A DNA stretch of 58,850 bases from a bacterium (GTDB taxonomy: Bacteria; Patescibacteriota; Minisyncoccia; Phycocordibacterales; UBA9973). The notes below the pieces were generated by a model. The model was given only the letters and a program-made list of their open reading frames with translations. It was not told the origin of the DNA and did no database searches. Shown in pieces: positions 53,781 to 58,850 of the stretch (its first letter is position 1; each line of letters starts with the position of its first letter). A program made the translations under genes and the position numbers. The DNA lies in assembly GCA_043748495.1 (NCBI GenBank), contig JAYTNB010000050.1, forward strand, positions 1-58,850, given 5' to 3'.

Positions 53781-54284
53781 ATGCAAAATAACTACGCATT
53801 TATAGATGGACAAAATTTATATTTAGGAACTAAACAAGAAAACTGGGAAATAAATTTCCATAAATTTTTTATATACCTAAAAGAAAATTACAAAATAAAA
53901 CAAGCTTATTATTTCCTAGGTTATATTCAAGAAAAAAACAATGATTTATATAAAGAGATACAAGAAGCAGGGTTTGTAATTCTATTTAAAGATCATAACT
54001 CTTATGCTATAACGAAAAAGAAAGGAAATGTAGATACAGATATTGTTTTTGAAATAATGAAAAATATTGTGGATAATGATGAGATGGAAAATGTTATTAT
54101 TGTTTCTGGTGATGGAGATTATAAAAAAGTTGTAGATTATTTAATAAAAAAGAATAAATTTAAAAAGATATTATTCCCAAACAAAAAATTTGCCTCCTCT
54201 TTGTATAAAAAACTAGGTTCTGAATTCTTTGATTACCTAGAAAATATAAAGACTTATATAGATAGAAATGAAAAAGGCTCCTAG
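53781..54284 (+). CDS. NYN (LabA-like) domain protein
   Basis: YAFIDGQNLY and IIVSGDGDYKKVVDYL. Paralogue type of the gene at 22419-22922. Confidence 0.78.
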   Translation: MQNNYAFIDGQNLYLGTKQENWEINFHKFFIYLKENYKIKQAYYFLGYIQEKNNDLYKEIQEAGFVILFKDHNSYAITKKKGNVDTDIVFEIMKNIVDNDEMENVIIVSGDGDYKKVVDYLIKKNKFKKILFPNKKFASSLYKKLGSEFFDYLENIKTYIDRNEKGS

Positions 54285-54380
54285 GGCACTAACACCTTTC
54301 GGATCCTTCTTCGTATTGATATAAAAATCATATCATATTTTAACAAAAAAAGTCAAATATCTGTTATAATATATTTACAA

Positions 54381-55502
54381 ATGGATACAGAACAATTAAA
54401 AGACAGTATAAGTTTATTTTATGGGAGACTGCCAGCTGATGCGCAGGTTTATTTTGCAGGACAAAGTTGGCTAAAAACAATTGAAAAAATAAATACGGAG
54501 TTTAACCTAAATGAAGACCAAATTAAAACCCTCTCGACTGAAACAACTCTAGTTCTGCTCGGTATAATTAGTGTAAGTGAATTCGAATCTGCGATTCGCA
54601 ATGAGATGAATTTACCAACTAGTTTAAGTGAACAAATAGTTTCTATTATAAGCAGAAACATAATCTCACCTATAAGAAATCAACTAGTTGGCGCTCATGA
54701 ATCAAATCTGAACTTTGAACCGAGTATACAACCTGAAGATAGTCAAAGACTAGATCCACAATTTTCTGCACTACCGATAGAAGTCCAAGAATCAATTGCT
54801 CTTTCTGATTATCAGAAAAAAATATATGCTCTAGGTCAAAAATACAAACTAGCTATCAATCTACTCAGTGGCTTAGAGAGAGTCACTGTTAGTTTAATAA
54901 AAGGTGAAATAAGTCCAGATGATTACGAGCAGTCCGTAGAAAAAGAAACCAATTTACCAGATGATAAAATAAAGGAACTAATCGACGATGTTAACAATGA
55001 TATAATGAAAAACATCCGCATGAGCGTCATCACCAAGCTAGAGGAAGTCGATGTCGTAGATACAAATGACGAAGTCCCACTACCTCCATATGTAAAAAAA
55101 GAAGAAGTTATTTCAAGTTCGAACACAAAAGAAGTTCCAGAAAAAGAGATCTATCACGGTCATGAAATATATGCTGAATCAGGAATTGAAATCATAGATG
55201 AAAATAAAGAAAAAAACATCCTAGATTCTATAAAAAAAGATACCAGTATCCTAAAATCAAGTATAGATATGGGAAACAGGAAATTGGTTAAAAAAGACGA
55301 GGTTGTAATAAAAGCAAATGACCCTAGTGTAGAGATAAAAAACAAAGAAGATTCTTGGAAATACTTTGATCCAACTGATAATGTTATAAACAAAAAGTTA
55401 GGAGGGTCGACTGCATCTACAAACAGTATTTCTGACAGTAATTTAACTAAAACAAACATAGGGGCTCCTGTTGTTCACGATCCTTATAAAGAAGAATTAT
55501 AA
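54381..55502 (+). CDS. hypothetical protein
   Basis: Open frame, helical N-terminal half. TGTTATAAT at 54362-54370. Confidence 0.5.
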   Translation: MDTEQLKDSISLFYGRLPADAQVYFAGQSWLKTIEKINTEFNLNEDQIKTLSTETTLVLLGIISVSEFESAIRNEMNLPTSLSEQIVSIISRNIISPIRNQLVGAHESNLNFEPSIQPEDSQRLDPQFSALPIEVQESIALSDYQKKIYALGQKYKLAINLLSGLERVTVSLIKGEISPDDYEQSVEKETNLPDDKIKELIDDVNNDIMKNIRMSVITKLEEVDVVDTNDEVPLPPYVKKEEVISSSNTKEVPEKEIYHGHEIYAESGIEIIDENKEKNILDSIKKDTSILKSSIDMGNRKLVKKDEVVIKANDPSVEIKNKEDSWKYFDPTDNVINKKLGGSTASTNSISDSNLTKTNIGAPVVHDPYKEEL

Positions 55503-55503
55503 T

Positions 55504-55911
55504 ATGAACTTTAAAGTACCACAATTTATTGATGTAGAGGACAAGCTTTTTGGGCCTTTTACTTTCTCTGAATTCGCTTATCTAGCTGGGGGAGCTGGTT
55601 TAATATTTGTTTTATACAAAGTATTGCCATTTTTTGTAGCTATCCTACTTATCATACCAACTGGTGTCCTTGTTGGGCTTCTGGTTTTCTATAAAATAAA
55701 CAACAAATCATTTATTTTCTATTTACAAGCGGGACTTACTTATTATATGAGTAGTAAATTATACATTTGGAAACAGAGACTAGCCACAAGTGATGATGAA
55801 GTAAAAGTAGACGCTCCTCCAGTATACAGAAAAGGTCTAGAGCCTAGGATGACATCAAACAAGCTCCGTGATTTGTCTTGGAGTCTGGATATACAATCCA
55901 AACAAAAATAA
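55504..55911 (+). CDS. PrgI/VirB3-like small membrane protein
   Basis: MNFKVPQFIDVEDKLFGPFTFSEFAYLAGG followed by two TM helices, the pattern of PrgI-family (VirB3-like) proteins. Located upstream of VirB4. The start is at ATG 55504; the ORF track starts at 55471. Confidence 0.55.
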   Translation: MNFKVPQFIDVEDKLFGPFTFSEFAYLAGGAGLIFVLYKVLPFFVAILLIIPTGVLVGLLVFYKINNKSFIFYLQAGLTYYMSSKLYIWKQRLATSDDEVKVDAPPVYRKGLEPRMTSNKLRDLSWSLDIQSKQK

Positions 55912-55939
55912 TTTTTAAAAAATATGCTATAATTTATTT

Positions 55940-56602
55940 ATGGCTATAAATGCAAAAGCAGCACAAGATTTCGTACCAATCAAAGAAGTTCGCGATGGTG
56001 TCATCGTCCTAAAAGAGGGTGGTATGCGTGCTGTTTTGATTTGCTCTTCTATAAACTTATCGCTCAAATCAAGCGATGAACAGATCGCTATCATTAACTC
56101 TTTTCAATCATTCCTAAATAGTTTAGATTTCTCGACACAAATCGTTATGCAATCACGCAGACTAGACATTCGTCCATACCTCTTAACCTTAGAAAATAGA
56201 CAAAAAGAACAAACCGAACCTCTTTTAAAAATACAAACAAAAGAATACATTGAATTCATCAGATCTTTTACTGAAGAAGTAAATATAATGACCAAAACAT
56301 TTTTTGTTGTTGTACCTTTTAATGGAACAATGCTCGGTAATAAAATTAGTGGCAACGAGGGTGTTCTCGAAAGTTTATTATCTAGCAAGAAAAATAGCAA
56401 TCAAGAAACAAACAAAATGGGAAGTGACCTAGCAGCTTTTGAAGAAAACAGAAGTCAGTTGGATCAAAGAATTGGTGTTATAATTGGTGGATTGGGCCGT
56501 TTGGGTGTCAAATCAAGTCAGTTAAACACAGAAGAAGTTGTCGAACTTTTCTATAAAACATTTAACCCTGGCGACATCAGTCAAGGAATAAAATTACAAT
56601 AA
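55940..56602 (+). CDS. protein resembling the N-terminal (non-ATPase) domain of Gram-positive-type VirB4/TraE proteins
   Basis: QDFVPIKEVRDGVIVLKEGGMRAVLICSSINLSLKSSDEQIAIINSFQSFLNSLDFSTQIV follows the pattern seen at the N-termini of conjugative VirB4-like ATPases. No ATPase motifs. TGCTATAAT followed by 6 nt precedes the ATG. Confidence 0.45.
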   Translation: MAINAKAAQDFVPIKEVRDGVIVLKEGGMRAVLICSSINLSLKSSDEQIAIINSFQSFLNSLDFSTQIVMQSRRLDIRPYLLTLENRQKEQTEPLLKIQTKEYIEFIRSFTEEVNIMTKTFFVVVPFNGTMLGNKISGNEGVLESLLSSKKNSNQETNKMGSDLAAFEENRSQLDQRIGVIIGGLGRLGVKSSQLNTEEVVELFYKTFNPGDISQGIKLQ

Positions 56603-56609
56603 GATGGGT

Positions 56610-56726
56610 CACGTTAGAATACACGATCACATTTTAATCAAAAAATAGAAATATGAAAAATCACAAGAAAAATATTAATAATATAACCAAGCAAAATCAC
56701 AAACTGATCGTGATCTGCTTCTAACG
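56610..56726. mobile_element. 117-nt MITE-like element with 8-bp terminal inverted repeats, bracketed by an 8-bp direct duplication
   Basis: CGTTAGAA (56612-56619) pairs with TTCTAACG (56719-56726). A second inverted repeat is CACGATC (56622-56628) with GATCGTG (56706-56712). AGATGGGT occurs at 56602-56609 and 56727-56734. Confidence 0.55.
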
Positions 56727-56728
56727 AG

Positions 56729-58555
56729 ATGGGTATTTTTTCATCATTATTTGGAGGTAAAAAAGAAGAAAATACAAAAATGAATCCTATCATGCCTGTT
56801 TTACCGCAAGAGATCTACAAAGCGGCCAAGCTTGAACTCCAGGATATCATCGCTCCTTCAGCATTGCAGATAACCCCAAAGTCCCTGAACCTCGGGGATA
56901 AAATCGCTAGAACCTTCTTTGTTATTTCTTATCCACGATATTTGTCAGATAATTGGTTTTCGCCGATTATAAATCTCGACAAAGTTTTTGATGTTTCTAT
57001 TATGATTCATCCTATCGAAACAGCGGAAATACTAAAAAGCTTTCAAAAGAAAGTAGCTGAAGTTCAAAGTCAAATATCGGTTAGAACAGAGAAAGGATTA
57101 GTGCGTGACCCGATTCTCGACACAGCTTATAATGACCTAGAAAATTTACGTGATAATCTAATACAAGCCCAAGAAAAAATGTTTAATGTTGGTTTATATA
57201 TAACAGTTTATGCAGAAAACGAAAACGACTTGTTTAAAATAGAAACAGAAATAAAATCTCTACTTGAATCAAAGTTAATCTACTTGAAACCAGCTCTTTT
57301 CCAACAGAACGAAGGTTTCAAAAGTGTGATACCACTCGGTACAGATATCCTTGGTATCCATCAAAAATTAAATACTGAGCCACTCTCAAGCATCTTTCCT
57401 TTTGTATCTTTTGACTTAACATCAAGTAATGGAATCCTCTATGGGGTTAACCGACATAATTCCAGTCTCATAATATTTGACCGCTTCTCATTTCCAAACT
57501 ACAACTCCATCATATTTGCTACATCCGGTGCTGGTAAGTCTTATGCGACAAAACTTGAAATCATAAGAACTCTTATGTTCGACACTGAAGTTATAGTGAT
57601 AGACCCAGAAAAAGAATACGAATACTTGACTGAAGCTGTTGGTGGGAGGTTTTTTAACATTTCATTGTCTTCTGACCATCATATAAATCCTTTTGATTTA
57701 CCTATACCTGGTGCGGATGAAACAGGAACAGATGTTCTACGCGCAAATACTATCAACCTAGTGGGTCTTTTCCGTATTATGTTGGGAGGACTCACCCCAG
57801 AAGAAGATTCTCTTGTTGATCGTGCTATTACTGAAACATACGCGCTAAAAGACATAACAGCAGAATCGAATTTTGCAAACATCGAACCACCATTACTCTC
57901 AGACTTTGAAATGGTACTCGCTGGTATGGAGGGGAGTGAGTCGGTGTTGTCGAGACTCGCGAAATATACTCATGGATCTTGGTCTTCGTTTTTAAACAGA
58001 CCATCAAATGTAGATATAAACAGGAAATTCGTAGTTTTTTCTGTTCGAGATATGGAAGATGAATTGAAACCAGTTGCGATGTATATCGTTACTCACTATA
58101 TTTGGAATTCAATACGTAAAAATATAAAAAAGAGACTATTGGTTGTCGATGAAGCTTGGTGGATGATGAAATCAGACGACACAGCGTCTTTCCTGTATTC
58201 TATCGCTAAGCGTGGACGTAAATACTATCTTGGGCTTGCAACTATAACTCAAGATGTAGGCGACTTTATGAAGAGTCCTTATGGTGTGCCGATTATAACT
58301 AACTCATCTATTCAGTTGCTTCTGAAACAGTCTCCATCAACAATGGACGTACTCCAAAAAACTTTTAACTTAACTGATGAAGAAAAATATTTGTTATTAG
58401 AAGCAAATACTGGAGAGGGTATATTCTTTACAGGACTAAAACACGTCGCAGTAAAAATAATAGCTTCATACACAGAAGACCAGATTATAACTTCTGATCC
58501 ATCTCAAATACTATCTATTAGAAAATCAAAAGATGAACAAATATCTAAAAACTAG
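56729..58555 (+). CDS. virB4: VirB4/TrbE/TraC-family type IV secretion ATPase
   Basis: Walker A FATSGAGKSYATK and Walker B RLLVVDEAWWMM (DEAW is typical of VirB4). The N-terminal CagE/TrbE-like domain has RTFFVISYPRYL, and TQDVGDF follows. Confidence 0.9.
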   Translation: MGIFSSLFGGKKEENTKMNPIMPVLPQEIYKAAKLELQDIIAPSALQITPKSLNLGDKIARTFFVISYPRYLSDNWFSPIINLDKVFDVSIMIHPIETAEILKSFQKKVAEVQSQISVRTEKGLVRDPILDTAYNDLENLRDNLIQAQEKMFNVGLYITVYAENENDLFKIETEIKSLLESKLIYLKPALFQQNEGFKSVIPLGTDILGIHQKLNTEPLSSIFPFVSFDLTSSNGILYGVNRHNSSLIIFDRFSFPNYNSIIFATSGAGKSYATKLEIIRTLMFDTEVIVIDPEKEYEYLTEAVGGRFFNISLSSDHHINPFDLPIPGADETGTDVLRANTINLVGLFRIMLGGLTPEEDSLVDRAITETYALKDITAESNFANIEPPLLSDFEMVLAGMEGSESVLSRLAKYTHGSWSSFLNRPSNVDINRKFVVFSVRDMEDELKPVAMYIVTHYIWNSIRKNIKKRLLVVDEAWWMMKSDDTASFLYSIAKRGRKYYLGLATITQDVGDFMKSPYGVPIITNSSIQLLLKQSPSTMDVLQKTFNLTDEEKYLLLEANTGEGIFFTGLKHVAVKIIASYTEDQIITSDPSQILSIRKSKDEQISKN

Positions 58556-58575
58556 AATTTTTAGATATTAAAAAG

Positions 58576-58850
58576 CATGAAAAACCAATTTCCAAAAAAA
58601 TACACATTAGTGATACTAAGTCTTTTGTTTTTGTTTTCTTTTGTAAAAGTAAGCGCTGCTCCTGTCTCAATAACAGGGAAAACAGACGAACCACCTAAAT
58701 CTATCGCTTACAAACTATTAGCACCAATAGGGGATATAAAGTGTGTAGATCCTAGTGGACAAAATAAGGATTGTATAAAAGGTACTTTGCAAGATTATTT
58801 CAATACAATAGTTAGGTTAGCTATCGCTTTAGCTGGTGTATTAGCTATCA
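58576..58850 (+). CDS. secreted/membrane protein, 3'-truncated by the window edge (possible VirB2-like pilin; weak)
   Basis: The ATG at 58576 opens a frame that runs to the end of the window: MKNQFPKKYTLVILSLLFLFSFVKVSAAP... ending in a hydrophobic stretch LAIALAGVLAI. Not in the ORF track because no stop is reached. Confidence 0.45.

Noticed and set aside
1-58850. Possibility of an alternative genetic code (UGA or UAG reassignment), as in some candidate phyla and their phages
   Set aside because: All conserved housekeeping genes translate full-length under the standard bacterial code. TAA, TAG and TGA all occur as terminal stops. The only suspicious in-frame stop is the TAG at 34950, in a region with other frame problems.

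Overview
This is a 58.85-kb chromosomal segment from a low-GC, tightly packed bacterial genome. Single-line spot counts give about one-third GC. The short spacers, many Lys/Glu-rich orphan proteins and tRNAs without encoded CCA suggest a small-genome uncultivated lineage such as CPR/Patescibacteria, but that is inference only. The housekeeping backbone is tig (partial)-clpP, rny, hup, a ZIP transporter, four canonical tRNAs plus one aberrant tRNA-like gene, cca, xth, a xerC/D-like recombinase, rpsO, pnp, a dksA-like gene, a GH25 lysozyme, comM, a LysM-M23 peptidase, pcrA and rsmA. Three accessory regions stand out. (1) An IS481-type element (about 2490-3599) is followed by a GC-richer ~5.4-kb island (3600-8961). 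The island carries a MoxR/CobS-like AAA+ ATPase, a vWA protein and two orphan small genes. About 40% of it is ORF-free, including one 0.9-kb stretch. This is my best candidate for an undescribed system. (2) tRNA-Pro is followed by two tandem ~115-117-nt structured units derived from tRNA-Pro, with compensatory base-pair changes between the copies. (3) A ~16-kb type IV secretion-like and cell-surface locus (42917-58850) contains VirB4, a PrgI/VirB3-like protein, a VirB6/TrbL-like protein and giant secreted proteins with 14 tandem Cys-pair/DxDxDG repeats. Three separate insertions appear to have hit this locus: an AAA+/DUF4143-type ATPase cassette bracketed by 63-bp direct repeats, a GIY-YIG + NYN gene pair, and a 117-nt MITE-like element with an 8-bp duplication that copies the virB4 start codon. 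Other observations: a family of GTTAGA...TCTAAC hairpins carrying mini-uORFs; a GC-rich palindromic in-frame insertion plus a 66-nt N-terminal duplication in rsmA; two apparent frame problems at A-runs (a glmM-like gene and an OmpA-like gene); a 14-bp palindrome recurring around yraN/cca; and a widespread TGnTATAAT-N6-ATG (leaderless-type) start arrangement. I saw no CRISPR array and no rRNA. All functional calls rest on motif recognition by eye, and no database search or folding program was run.
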